Shown one piece after another: positions 27,901 through 41,306 of a stretch of DNA of 64,000 nt. The notes below the pieces were generated by a model that did no database searches, had not been told where the DNA came from, and worked only from the letters and a program-made list of their open reading frames with translations. The DNA is taken from the NCBI GenBank assembly GCA_047495785.1, contig JBLDXI010000001.1, forward strand, positions 682,001 to 746,000. The letters are read 5' to 3'. The position numbers were made by a program, and so were the translations under genes. The stretch is from Lepidodermella squamata. Lineage: Eukaryota; Animalia; Gastrotricha. The stretch's first letter is position 1; each line of letters opens with the position of its first letter.

Positions 27901-29334
27901 GCTAAGTTTACAATCTGGACGCTTCCATTTTGACAACCAATAGCAACTAGGGGGCGATAGCCAGCCAAATCCCCAGATGCAAACCCAGGCACGATTCGCA
28001 TGCAGCAGATACCGCCACTGTGACCCGAATATAAGCCACTCAGAGCAAATCCAAGGTTGGTCGAATTGATGCGGTTTTGCAAACGCCATAAAAATAAACG
28101 GCCAGAACTCATCAAAACTGCATACTGTCTTTCCCCGACTGGCTCGGGGGCGGCGGCCAAGGGTTTAGCCTGTCTCGGCAACCTCAAGGCATCAGTTTGT
28201 GCAGCCAATACGTACCGAATATTGGAATAACTTTGCATAGTAATCATCTGTGAGGACTGCGACGTGCCGTCTTCGCTCGGGGTTACAGCTTGGCTGTTGT
28301 CTCCAACGACTGCGTTGATTTGCCTGAAGCTAAGTTGACCAGAATCGTGCACTGCAATGAATTCGTTTGCGTAAGTACTGAAGAAAACTTGGAAGAACGT
28401 TGATGCGATCTTTTCCAGCGAAATGCTGCAAACGCTGATGCCAATGTCAATGTCGAATATGAAAATATCGCGAGGGAAGACGAATATTGCGTGATCGCGA
28501 TAATGAGGGTGAAACGAAAACTGAATGCAGTCTTTCAGTGAGCACTGCTCCAAGTCAGCCGACTGTAAGCGTTCGTCTTTGGCAGGAATTAAATACTTTG
28601 GACGAAGAATTTCGCCCCTCTTCGAGTAAACAAAATAAGTAGAGCCAGAATCCTTGGGCTCGTTTTCCACGTCCAAGTTGAAGTAAATAAATAGCGAAGT
28701 AGACCCAATAACTAAAGAGAAAAAATATTCAGAAAATTAGGAGAAATAATAATATGATGCTTACCTGCCAGTTGCAGAGGATTAAGCGGATTTGGTGTGA
28801 CTGATTGAAGAACATCGTTGAATGGCTGTGTCCACAAAGGAGATGCTGTTCTGTCTTTGTAAGACCAGGCAGAAATAACATTGGTGTGAACAACCAATAA
28901 AATATCGTTCTGAGCTGACGGAGTAAGCCAGTGCAGGTCCTTCACACATTTTTTGGCGTCCTGAAAAGAAGCCAACATAGCCCCTTTTACCGCGTCCCAT
29001 ACGACTACAAGACCAGAGTTGTCCGCCGACGCTAGCCACAGATGAGGACGGTCGGATGTATTGTAAGTAACAGACGGTTGCTTCCATACTGTCTTTACGA
29101 CGACAGCTGAATGATTTTCCAAAGATTGCACCAGCTTTACTGATTGCACGTGAACGATATTGACGATGTTCTGACACCCAAAAGCAATAAATCCATGACT
29201 ACCCCTGTATTTCAATTTACCAAGAAAAGTGAATGGAAAAGTGGCAATTTCTCAAATAATTACCATGACAGCGAATTTTTATTGCCAGCTGTACAGTTGC
29301 TGCAAATCGACTTGGGGCTCAATATTGTTTCCAT
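24913..29334 (-). CDS. WDR11: WD repeat protein 11 (1155 aa). Exons 29334-29264, 29204-28765, 28711-26443, 25600-24913
   Basis: N-terminus 'NKNSLSWGSHGFIAFGC', LASAD, FHPHYRD, 'FSPGRRN', C-terminal 'LKACL..LKLVATNLLADG..GIHLLCLVGLHYDACRYLQS', all typical of WDR11. Confidence 0.93.
25743..26337 (+). CDS. Nested secreted TGF-beta/GDNF-superfamily cystine-knot ligand (159 aa). Exons 25743-25885, 25929-26071, 26144-26337
   Basis: Spliced product: MAFCRIILLCVAIGLILAA (signal) ..RTRNRLRR (furin site) QASRPLPCHVEYVTIKLSEL..PYCAGAC..SHIILRL..GCVP..ITSCKCVG*. GT-AG introns of 43 and 72 nt. AATAAA at 26377-26382. Confidence 0.88.
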
Positions 29335-29528
29335 TAAATTTTAATCTAAGAAAAGATGAAAATATATAAAATAAGCCATCAATATTTGGATCGTAAAGCT
29401 TGATTAATCACAATGAAAAGCTAAATGCGCGATTGTTGTGAGCGTAGTATCTGAAAACTTAAATCATAGCTGCGAAGCTTGCTGCAAAAAGTAGATTCAA
29501 GGTATCAAAGAATCACAAATCATGAAGG

Positions 29529-30549
29529 CTAACAGCACTTTGAATAGGAGAATGTCCGATCGTTACTGGTATTTTCAGTAGTGTTTTGCTCAACTCTGAT
29601 GGCTGAGCTTGACGTCTGTCTCGTTGTTTGTGACATAATAGTTGGATTTCGCAACAATGCGAAAGCTATGTCAGAAAACATTTTCTCAACGTTTTCACCA
29701 GACTTAGCAGAGCACTCAATGAACGGAATACCAAACTCGAGTGATAGCTGCTTTCCGCGTTCCTTAGTTATTTGCCTCTGCTCTTCCATGTCGATTTTAT
29801 TGCCAACTAAAACACGCTCTACCCCATCTTTCGCGTTTTGCAGAACTTGCCTCATCCAGTTGATGACATTTTCAAAGGACTCTCTGCGGGTGATGTCATA
29901 AACCAAAAGAATTCCGTGCGCATTACGATAGTAAGAAACAGTGATCGTATGAAATCTCTCCTGTCCAGCGGTATCCCTAAAATATATAAATTCTTAGAAC
30001 CCAATATTCAATAGAGAACCTGGCTCAAGCAGTAGCGCAACGGCTATACTTCTAACAAATAACCTAAGCTGATAATCACAATAGGCAAGCATAATAAGAT
30101 GTATAAATCGAGACCCGCATTCCAAGACGATCTTTGCCTCTCACCTCGCTTTCATTTCAAATTGAAATAAATAATTTTCGTGGATATCTAGCTTGCGATA
30201 ATGCAATATTAACCATTCCACCGAAAAGACTAACTTTATCGAAGCAGCAAGCAGCAGAAAAGTTCAATATTATGTGCAAGCCAGTGCACTATCAGCAAAC
30301 CATATTTGAAGGCGGATTTTCTTGCCCCCAATATCAACTGTTTTGATTTTGAAATCTATACCTACAATGAAAACCACCCGAGACTTAATAAAATTACGAA
30401 GTTCCAGGCATTAACGACGCACCGATTGTAGCGATGAATGACTGTCTAAAGGAATCATCGCAAAATCGAAATATGAGACAGGTCTTCCCAACACCTGAGT
30501 CGCCAATTAACAGCAGTTTGAACAAATGGTCGTAAGGTTTTTTTGCCAT
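29529..30549 (-). CDS. RAB10: Rab GTPase, Rab10-like (Rab8/10 group, 211 aa). Exons 30549-30423, 30361-30301, 29976-29529
   Basis: [57 protein letters not shown]-terminal SKCC. RFHTIT and SKCC are Rab10 signatures. Confidence 0.88.
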
Positions 30550-31501
30550 TTCTATTTGGAAAAGATGCAAAATGCTGTCTGAAAACATTGCATGGAGAGT
30601 AAAGATCATGAGTAGACAATAACTTTAAAAATTCCATGGAAGATGAATGTTACTCTTGCTTGTTCTTGCACATAAACAAGAATCCAATATTGGGAGAGAA
30701 GATTCCGCTCAAGGCCTAAGTAAAGCAAACCTCGAACCATACTCGACCCACTTCAAATAATCTAAACGATCCTGACATTAATTAAACATGGAAGAGTATC
30801 AACTGCTACAGGACTCTGCTGCGCTCGTAAGCGTCTCTCTTGCGTCTTGCGAGGGCAACGTAACCTGTCTCCAGCTTTTCAGCTATTTGGCAAGAAATAT
30901 TTGTCCGAGTATTCATTTGTCGCTTAACGCTTAGTAGCCCTCGATAAATATATATTTAATAAGTAGAAATAAAATTTCTTTATGTATAAAATGCCTTTAT
31001 GTGTTTTAAATTGTTATCTTGTTTATTTAATCAAAACTGCTTTCTGAAGGTTGTTTGAATACCCCGGTGAAACGGCGAACTTCGTTTCATTTTTGGCGGT
31101 TGTGGTGCAGAAAAGGTGACCCCTTGCCTTTGCAGTCTCGCGTCGGATATGATGTCGGCTGTCCCTCTGTGTCTCTAATGTCTGAATGTCTGATAGTGGC
31201 TGGTGGCTGTAATCAAAGTTGAACTGTTTACTGCCAGTTAACTACCATTTGGTAGACATTAATGCGTCAATTGCATACAAATGTTCATTGTTTTTGCAGT
31301 TAGGTTTAGATCACAGCTACCAATAACCCTAATCCCAAATCTCTAATAGCCTGACCCCTAACAAAACGAAATGCTCGATGCTCGCAATTATGCTCCTTCT
31401 CTGTGCCTGCGGAATCATTAGCATTTGTTATTAATTTCTAAAAAGTTGAACCGTTCTTCATAGTGTTTACAATTTTTCACTTGAAGTCATAATATTCAGC
31501 A
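30550..31501. promoter_or_regulatory. Putative bidirectional promoter region between Rab10 and WDPCP
   Basis: Head-to-head starts ~950 bp apart; central AT-rich tract ~30945-31030; probable Rab10 5'UTR intron (donor ~30730, acceptor 30552). Confidence 0.5.
31201..31322. repeat. Small inverted-repeat (MITE-like) element followed by degenerate telomere-like CCCTAA motifs
   Basis: TGGTGGCTGTAATCAAA at the left end is nearly the reverse complement of TTTAGATCACAGCTACCA at the right end; TAACCCTAATCCCAAATCTCTAA..CCCCTAAC follows. Confidence 0.4.
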
Positions 31502-33625
31502 ATGCTCCCATTCGAACTTAATTGGATGGAAACGGCTCCAAAACGATCGTTTCGCGAACGTTTCGATTCATCAAAGCGAGAAATTAACAAGGCTCTAATA
31601 GCTCTGTCGAAATCCCGAATCATTTCGGTTACCTGGCTAGGACCGAACAGAGCCAGATTCTTTTTATCGAATGGATCATTTATCGCTTTCGACATGTCAG
31701 ACGGGGCTACCCAATCTGGCGCTTCTGTCTACGGATTAATAGCCGCGGCCTCCTGTGACGATTTTCTCCAACAGCAACTGGAAGCATCTTTCCATGAAGT
31801 CATGGATGCCTACTTGACCAATGAGTATGCTATTCTAGTTTGTGGTACGACTCAGCAAGGCGCAACGTCTGCGAATGCAGATCTTGGTGGGAATTACCTT
31901 AATTTCGTTTATTTTGGTCGAAGGCATGTCGGTGAGTTCCTGTGAAAGTTATTGCTTCCGCTCTATTCAGCTTAATTTTTTACAGGTAAAGGATGCGAAC
32001 AGCCATCTCAATTGGACCCTCACGTTCAAACCCTCCCGTTGAGTAATCCAGCGGCTGCCTCGAAGCGAGACCGTAAATTGCCTCATCAAGTAGCCACCAC
32101 CAATGACGTTCGGCCATCTAAAAACGACCGACTCAGGCTGTCTATTAATTCATCGCAGGATATTTTTGCCGTTTGGTGGAGCAATTTCAATATCGTTGGC
32201 ATTGGAGCCACGGTGGATCAGCCTCCACAGGCTGACGATAGCATCAACGGATCTGCACGCTGCGGTGGAGCTTTACTGTTCCGTATTAATGTCGCGTTGT
32301 GCACATTGGTGCCACTGGCTGCGATTTCACCAGTTCAAGATCAAAAATTACTGCTGATTTCTTTCAGCAACACTGCTGCAAGTGAAATGGTTGTAGTCGA
32401 ATGGGGCCGGAAAGATCAAAATAAAGCGAACTATCTAGTTATTTCTACATCTACCTACCTCATTGACCAAGACGATCTCGTCAGGTTGAATTCTTCGCCG
32501 CTTCTCATCCCAGACAAGAATCGTCAAATGATTCCATCACTGGCCGCCATGTCACCTCGCGATGACAGACTAATTGTTGCACTCCAGAGCGGACATTTGT
32601 TTTTGATAAATATTCGTTCGAATGTAGTCGCAGCAAGTTCATCAAGGTTCAGTTCTGGAATTCTGTCTATTGCTTGGCATCCGACAGGCTCACTGTTTGC
32701 CGTGATGGATACCAATGGAAAGCTGCATTTAATGGATCTCGGTCTTACTGCTTTGAATCTATTCCAATTGAAAAACGAAGCCGCCGCATTATCACCATCG
32801 TCAAAGCCAGCTTCCTTCGTTGAATTGGGAGATTTTGAAGGTGGAGCTAGAAGTGGCATGTTTTACCCAATTTTGAGCTGGAATCCTGAAGCGCGTCAAA
32901 ACAGTCAGGAGCTTGATAAAACGCTGAGGAATATTAGCGACCAATCAACTGGCCATGGCAAGAACCACGGCACTCTTTTAATAACTTGGAACGGTCTTCG
33001 CGGCATTGGCGTTTTTCGCCTGATGTTACCTAAAGCTCCAACGTCGTCGTACCTTATTCGTCATTGGCTTTCTCTAGCAAACGCTAACGGTTATCCGGCG
33101 AATCAACGCGGGAAACATCGCGCCGACCCTGCTCTGACAGCTGCTGTTGCAATTGTTTCAGCTCTCGATTTTGATACGGATGGCGAGCAGGCTGTGCGAT
33201 GTGTCGCAATGACAGCTACTGCCCTGCTGCGGCAACGCCCGATGGATGCAATTATTGATGCGTTGTTGGAGAAATGTTTAGCTTCTTTTTGCAACCCAGT
33301 TGCTCCGATTAGCGATGTTACAAAACTTGAATTCGGACCTGCCATTGCTCAAATATTAAGGCGTAGAGCCCTTCATTTACTACGTCATGGTCGTCTTGAA
33401 GCTGCGTTCGATGTTGCAGCTAATCAGCTCCCGAAACCCGCCACGGATCTGCTGGCAGATACATTTTACGCGGCTTTGGAACGCGGTGAATTGGCCCTCG
33501 CAAAAGCTGCGTATTCTCGCGCGAGACAACAAGTGGCGCGGGCTTCTCTGGCTATCGAAACGCCTATTCTAGCTGGTCAGAATTTGGCGGATCAAAACGA
33601 CGAGGAAGAAGTCCATAGCTTTTAA
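31502..33625 (+). CDS. WDPCP: WD repeat planar cell polarity effector fritz (689 aa). Exons 31502-31931, 31986-33625
   Basis: 'RLRLSINSSQDIFAVWW', 'IAWHPTGSLFAV..G.LHLMDLGL', 'LEKCLASF..PVAPISD..LEF..RR..HLLR..AF', typical of the Frtz family. Confidence 0.88.
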
Positions 33626-33821
33626 AAATATAGCGTTTTCCATTTCTATGCAATGAGTATAATCATGTGATCTTTTTATATCTCGATCTCATTCCTCAAA
33701 TATACTTGTTTTTCTTGTGCTCAATTGTTGATGCTGGTCTGCAATAATATCGTTTGATATCCCATTTATTTATGACAATAAAATATTTCGCTGTTTAGAT
33801 TTTTATTGATTTATAAGGGAA

Positions 33822-34133
33822 ATGGGTGATCGCGGTCAGCAGAAGAAGAAAGAGACTATTCTCGACTTTTCGAAATATATTGATAAAACCATTCGCGTTA
33901 AATTTGCTGGCGGTCGCGAAGCTTCTGGCGTTTTGAAAGGATTCGACCAACTGTTGAATCTCGTCCTCGACAACTGCGTCGAGTACTTGCGTGACCCCGA
34001 TGATCCTTACAAGCTAACCGATGACACACGTTACCTGGGTCTAGTTGTTTGCCGCGGTCCTGCCATCACGCTGATCTGCCCAGCCGATTCGATGGAGTTG
34101 CTCCACGAAAACCCTTTCATTCAACACGATTAA
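33822..34133 (+). CDS. LSM7: U6 snRNA-associated Sm-like protein LSm7 (103 aa, intronless)
   Basis: KKETILDFSKYIDKTIRVKFAGGREASGVLKGFDQLLNLVLD..LGLVVCRG..NPF. Confidence 0.97.
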   Translation: MGDRGQQKKKETILDFSKYIDKTIRVKFAGGREASGVLKGFDQLLNLVLDNCVEYLRDPDDPYKLTDDTRYLGLVVCRGPAITLICPADSMELLHENPFIQHD

Positions 34134-34225
34134 TAAACTTGCTTTTTTCAAAGATTTCTTTCGTGAAAAATTTTGTGTTTAAGCGTATATTGTTTCTGTT
34201 GCTTATTAGGGGTTTTAAACTCGTC

Positions 34226-37200
34226 ATGGAAGCGGAGGAAGACGACCCAAACAACGAAGATGACGCCATGACGATCAGTGATGGTGATGATGAGGAGCCA
34301 CGGGCAGATCATTTACAGGATACCACTAACGCGCAGACTTTGAAAAGAAAACACGACTCTCCAACTGCGGCTGGTTCTAGTAAAATCAGCAATAAATTGA
34401 ATACGACAACCACAGACGACGACGAAGGCCAGTTATGTCCGATTTGTTTTGATACATGGACTTCAAGTGGATCTCATCGATTAGCAGCTCTTAAATGCGG
34501 TCATTTATTCGGTTACAGTTGTGTTAAACGATGGCTTAACACTCAGTTCCCGTACCGCTGTCCCACTTGTAACACCAAGGCGAAGAAATCGGACATTCGA
34601 TATATTTACGCAAGAAAATTAGTCGTTGTCGACAACAGTGAGATGGTCCGGCTAACGGAACAACTCGAGGCTGAACGAGAATTGAAGAGGCGGGCGGAAT
34701 TAGACACGGCCTCTGTTCGCTTGCTCTATCAACAAGTCGCGGACGATAATGAGCGGTTAAAAGCGCAGATTGAGGAAATCAAACGGACAATGGGCAGCAT
34801 GGCTGCGAATGGCGGTCACCAGACTCAAGCGTCAACCTCGTCACGTGCGACCTCAGGAAACGCACACTCTGACGAGCATGCGCTGCTCAATTTCGAGCGG
34901 AAGTTGAACATCTGCGATGTAAGCTTTACGTTTATTTTTCTCAGATTATAATATTTGATTGATGTGACGGCGAACAAATTTCAAGAAAATCCGTGCTGTA
35001 ATTTATTAACCCTTTAAGTACACTATAATGTGTATGCACAAACATTTCCTTTCATGTTGATTTGCGGTAGAGATAGCTAAGAAGAAGATTGGTTCAGAAA
35101 ATCTTGATCCTCATCGCTTGGGCCACCTGAGATGATTTTTTTTTGTGGTTGAAAGAAGAGAGTAATCATGTTTTATTTGAAAAACACTTATGACAGATAG
35201 ACCCTAACTGTTTGCCCTGAGACACATATAATTGAGTACTAACTAGAGCTATCTATCAATTTATTATATTTTTAAGGCGCATGAAGCGTCATATCTACTT
35301 ATTTCCATATATGTAAGTAGTAGTGGACAATCCGTCAGGAATCCTTAAGTACTGAAATTGAAATATCATCTTGCCAATTACAACCCTCGAGGTTTATCAT
35401 AGGCTTTTACAGGCGGGCCGCTTGGTTTGACCGGAGATTTCGCAACAAATCTTCCAGGGCCAATGAGGCTCGTAGCCGTCGCGAACGTAGAATCTATCAG
35501 GTTTGCTTTTATTCAGCCAGAACCACTGGCCCTCGCTCCAAGGTACCCATAATATCAATTTATTCAACTCGTCGCTGGATAGAGGAGTAATAAGTTGTTT
35601 ACAGTAACTTTTCTTAATATGAGAAACGAGACCGCCCAGTTGCGCGAACGTAATTTTGCACAGCTTGCAGGTAATTACACCCTATAATTGGAGTCTCGTT
35701 TTTTGGGCATAACGTAGCGCTCAACAACCACAGGTGTAAGGCCGAACAACAATTGATTGTGACCTGCCTTCCATTGCGACGCTTCAGCCTCACTGCTGAA
35801 CTGAACAACAAGCCATACGTCGGTCAACTCTTTACCGTTCGGCGCCAAATAGCGCCCCAGGACAAAAACGATTTGAGTCGAGAAATGTGTACGCAGCACG
35901 TCTTCCAGGTGTGCACGATTATTCGGTCTCAACCTCAATGAAAGCATCCGGAGCGAATTACAGGGTGTCCCGTACGTAACGCAAACAAACAAAATACGGG
36001 AAAAGGGATAAGAAACTCTAAAATGAGAGGTGAAAGTCATATCTCATGGCCAGAAAAATCATAAAATAATCTGAAATGCTATAAGAATATTGATCAGGTA
36101 TGTCTCTAGTGAATTAGATTAAAGAAATCCAAAGAAATGTGATCCAGCCAGGTAACAAAAACTGAAAATTAGCGAACCAGTTACCATCGGGATTTCAGGG
36201 ATTTCCCCGGTAAATTCTTAATTTCTTCGGTAAAATCGTGGATAAAGGATTGAAGATTCTCTCAGTGGGTTCAATTTCAAAAAATTAGTTCAATTTTCTT
36301 CAAATATTAGCAAAATTTCGAAATGCTTGCGCAAAATATTGGACACGTTGTATAATTGAGTACTAACTAGAGCTATATTGTTACAATGATTGTATTTTTT
36401 TAAGGCGCATTAACCATCAGATCACTTATTTCCATATAAGTGGTAGTGAACAATTCGACAGGAATCCGTAAGTACTGAAATTAAATTGTCATCAAGCGTA
36501 GACTTATTAGGATTAAGCTTTTGTTAAAGTTCGATGAGACTACGTGTTCACGGTTTACGGTGCCACGGGTTCCAACAAAAACGTCACTGACGTCGATAGA
36601 ATTCAATTTGTACACTTCAATCAGTTAAGGAACAGGTCAGGTAGTGCTCATGGTTGATCTTATCAGCGTCTTCCAACTGGGTCGGCGAAATTTCGATACG
36701 AGTTATCGGGTCAAGGATTATTCCCACTTACGTCTTCGGCTCTTTTAGAGTCGTATTCGTTATATAGTTGTTAGGATACTTTCCATATTCTTTCCAAAAA
36801 CTAGCTATTTTTTAATGTTATCTGGGCACGTGCGCTCCGATCCTTCAAAACCGCAGCAAAATGTACCGCATCAGGATGTATCGCAGCAGAATATTCCAAT
36901 AATTTGCCGAAATGTCTTTACGGACACTTTTTTTGCTTGCCTCTTCTTCTAGATGGCCAGGAGTTCACTGCACAAATGCATAAGTTGATTCAGAATGATG
37001 AATAGTATCTGCGGTTGTATCCGTTCTTAATGAATCGGAAGTTACATTCCTTGCTATAGCAATTAAAAGCGGTAAACATAATTACAGCTGTTCAAATTTT
37101 GTTATTTCTAGCAAGCTGGTCAAGCTCGTGTTTTTGCTTGGGAGTTCCGACTCGGTGTGGTGGCCATCGCAGTGCCATCTACGAATGACCTATTTCCCGG

Positions 37201-38590
37201 CTTTGGTATTCGCAAAGTCAGCACAGTCGACTGGCGACCGGGTCAATTTGTGCCCTTACACTCGAAAACTATCAAAGACATAGCGACCAAGCCGGCGCGA
37301 AACGCCGACGGCTATCTTCTCTCGGCTAGCATGGATGGCACCGTGAAGGTGACGTCTCTGAGTTGCAACCTAGCGGTCGTCAGCTACTCGGCGCAGAACG
37401 CGCAAGGTGGCCCGCTCGGCGCGTGGAGCTGCACGTGGCATTCGACCTCGCCGTTTTATTTCTACGCCGGTTACCAAAACGGTACGGTTCGATTATACGA
37501 CATACGCAAAAACGATCAATTTGTTCGTAAGTGAATCTCGCTTAATTAATTATTCAGCATTATGTTTTTACCCTTTATAGGTGAGATCCTTCCTATGGGA
37601 AGCACTGCTCCTGTGGTGACCTTGCAGCACGTAACACGAACCGGTGGCTCTAATGCCCTAAAGTTTGTTTAATTTAAGTTTTTCAATTGAATCTAATTAG
37701 TCGGTCCAAATTGTAATGAACTCATTTTTCGTGTGATGATGAAATATGTAATCATTTTAGATGGAGCTCGAAATTACCGTAGAACAAGGCAGATTTTAGA
37801 TTCTGATGATGATGCAATATTGCGTGCATCCCATGATTAATAAAAAAGGAGAAGTGATGCAATAATATTTCGTAGTAATCAATAACCGAGGAAATCATTG
37901 AAAAAATTTGCGTGAGAGCGAAACATGAAACGCCTATAAGTAAAGTGTTTGATATTTTGAAATGTAAGAAATGAAAATTATTTGGTGAGGAAGACAAGGG
38001 TTAAAAAATTCCACATCCTTTTAGTTTTTGTCTTCAACATTTTATTTTCCAGGGGTATTGTGGTCGGTCAACTCGATCGAATCAGCTTCCACGAAGAAAT
38101 AGGTGCGGAACCGAGCGGTGAAATTCTTTCTCACGTTCTCCAAATGGAGGGCGGTCTCGCTTCAGTTCATTTCGAGCCTATTACGGAGCATCTGCTCACT
38201 ACATTCCGCCCATCATCAAACTCAGCCACTGCTAATCGTATACGCCACAATATTTGCTCATTGGAAGTTTCTCATGTGGCTGGAACGCGAAGTGTATCTT
38301 TATCTGTCAAGCAAACGATTCTTGGCGGTCGGTCAATGAAGCTACTTTCTCGCAGCCGGCTGTTTCCAGTCGGCTCTTCTTTGTATCTGATTGCTGGTGA
38401 TGAAGAGGCAAAAGGTGTATGTGTTTGGGATGTCGGTGCCGATAAATTGCGGCAAAAGCTAGATCTTTCCTCGTCGATCTCCTGCGATTTGTTGCACATG
38501 GGCGGCCAGCAAGTTAACGACCCAGGCAAAATGCTCACCCTGGACGATGCTGGGAAGCTGTCTGTATTCCGCCTCGTAGCCTCGCAGTGA
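34226..38590 (+). CDS. RFWD3: RING finger and WD40 E3 ligase RFWD3 (575 aa). Exons 34226-34918, 37112-37526, 37581-37662, 38053-38590
   Basis: RING CPICFDTWTSSGSHRLAALKCGHLFGYSCVKRWL..CPTC, coiled coil, WD40 part (FPGFGIRK, PLHSKTIKD, WSCTW, LIAGDE). Splices preserve frame. Confidence 0.93.
35227..35378 (-). mobile_element. 3' remnant of an RLE-type (R2-superfamily-like) non-LTR retrotransposon, copy 1
   Basis: Translates WQDDISISVLKDS*RIVHYYL; shares ~135 nt including the 3'UTR with copy 2. Confidence 0.6.
35675..36040 (-). CDS. Intronic 121-aa ORF with an RRM-like pattern (possible element-derived fragment)
   Basis: HLEDVLRTHFS (helix), QIVFV, WLVVQFSSEAEASQW (RNP1-like plus helix), LFGLTPVVVERY (last strand). 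Confidence 0.35.
   Translation of the reverse strand: MTFTSHFRVSYPFSRILFVCVTYGTPCNSLRMLSLRLRPNNRAHLEDVLRTHFSTQIVFVLGRYLAPNGKELTDVWLVVQFSSEAEASQWKAGHNQLLFGLTPVVVERYVMPKKRDSNYRV
36351..36727 (-). mobile_element. Decayed RLE-type non-LTR retrotransposon 3' end, copy 2
   Basis: Frameshifted peptides VGIILDPITRIEISPTQLEDADK..HY / YKLNSIDVSDVFVGTRGT / ISVLTDSCRIVHYHLY*, resembling the restriction-like endonuclease C-terminus (GIILDPTIRFE..K..Y..GARG..). Confidence 0.65.
37733..37806 (+). ncRNA. Candidate intronic box C/D snoRNA in RFWD3 intron 3
   Basis: GTGATGA (C box) 37733-37739, CTGA (D box) 37803-37806, TTAGATGGAG complementary to conserved 28S CUCCAUCUAA. Confidence 0.3.
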
Positions 38591-39757
38591 TGAAGAACCA
38601 CGTGTGCTCTTTCATAAATCAATGTCTCGTCTTTTCAGCAATAAATATCAGGGTGTTTTATGCTTGTTTGCCGCGCCCACGCCGCTCGTTTTTTTGATAC
38701 GATAAAGCGGGAATTTTTGATAATAAAACAAACATCGACTTATCGCGCTTGTGTTTTTGTTTTTTGTTGATATGAGCGACATGATATGCAGGCCGAGAAA
38801 AGTTACCAATTTGAATTCAAAATTGTATCTGAAAAAGCACCGTCTGAAGCATCTTTATTGTAGCGCACAGCCCCTGTATTATTTAACAGCTTGAAAGAGT
38901 TGGTTCGTTTTTTGGCGTGCGTCTCATTATACTATCATGTCCTTTCAACCAATTCAATGCGTCTGATATGCCGCTGAGTCATACGTCAACATTTGAACAC
39001 TTGCCTACACTACTGAACTGGTTGTCATAATAAAGGTGATGTTAGTCTGCCATGCAACAGATCAACAGGTTAATCCACGCGAACACTATAAGGTGAAAGC
39101 GTTATAGTTGTCTGTAACCTCTTCGTCACGGAGAGTTATTACACTAAAGAGAAAATGACACGCAAGACGTCCAAAGCCGGCGATAATTGCCGCGGCTACT
39201 CCGGCAGCTGGAACTCAGCAAAAAGCTAGAACTTTGAAACACGGGGAAAATAAAAAGACAATGAATAATTATATTTTTAGATTTTTTATTTCACTTTTCC
39301 TCATCACATGCAACCCAAATACTTCACCATCACATAATTTCGAATAACACCTGCGCATCACTCTTACAGAGCAGAAGGAATAGACGCAAAAAGCAGCGAA
39401 TGTTGACTTTCGAAGTCTAATGAAAGCACTGTAGGAGCATGAACGACAGGCGCACGCGACCAACAATCCGAGACGAGAGCGAGATGAAAATATTCACCGA
39501 ATTTTTAATGCTATTACACTTTATACGAGCACAATTTTTGTCTAGATAGAGAGATACATCTCTTTTCGCCTAAAAAACTTTCTGTGACACCAATTGGCGG
39601 AGAAAAAGCGGCCACGACGGTATTCCGCCTTGGCGCGTTCCAAACATCCGCTCAATTTAAATATAATTATTTTAAAGTTTCTCAAGTGAAGTAATCGAGC
39701 CATACGACCGCCATTTACACCCACTACAGCGCCATCACTGAACTTGCCATGCTGCAT

Positions 39758-41306
<1,549 letters not shown>

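Noticed and set aside
29977-30300. Long Rab10 intron as a snoRNA host
   Set aside because: No convincing C/D or H/ACA boxes.
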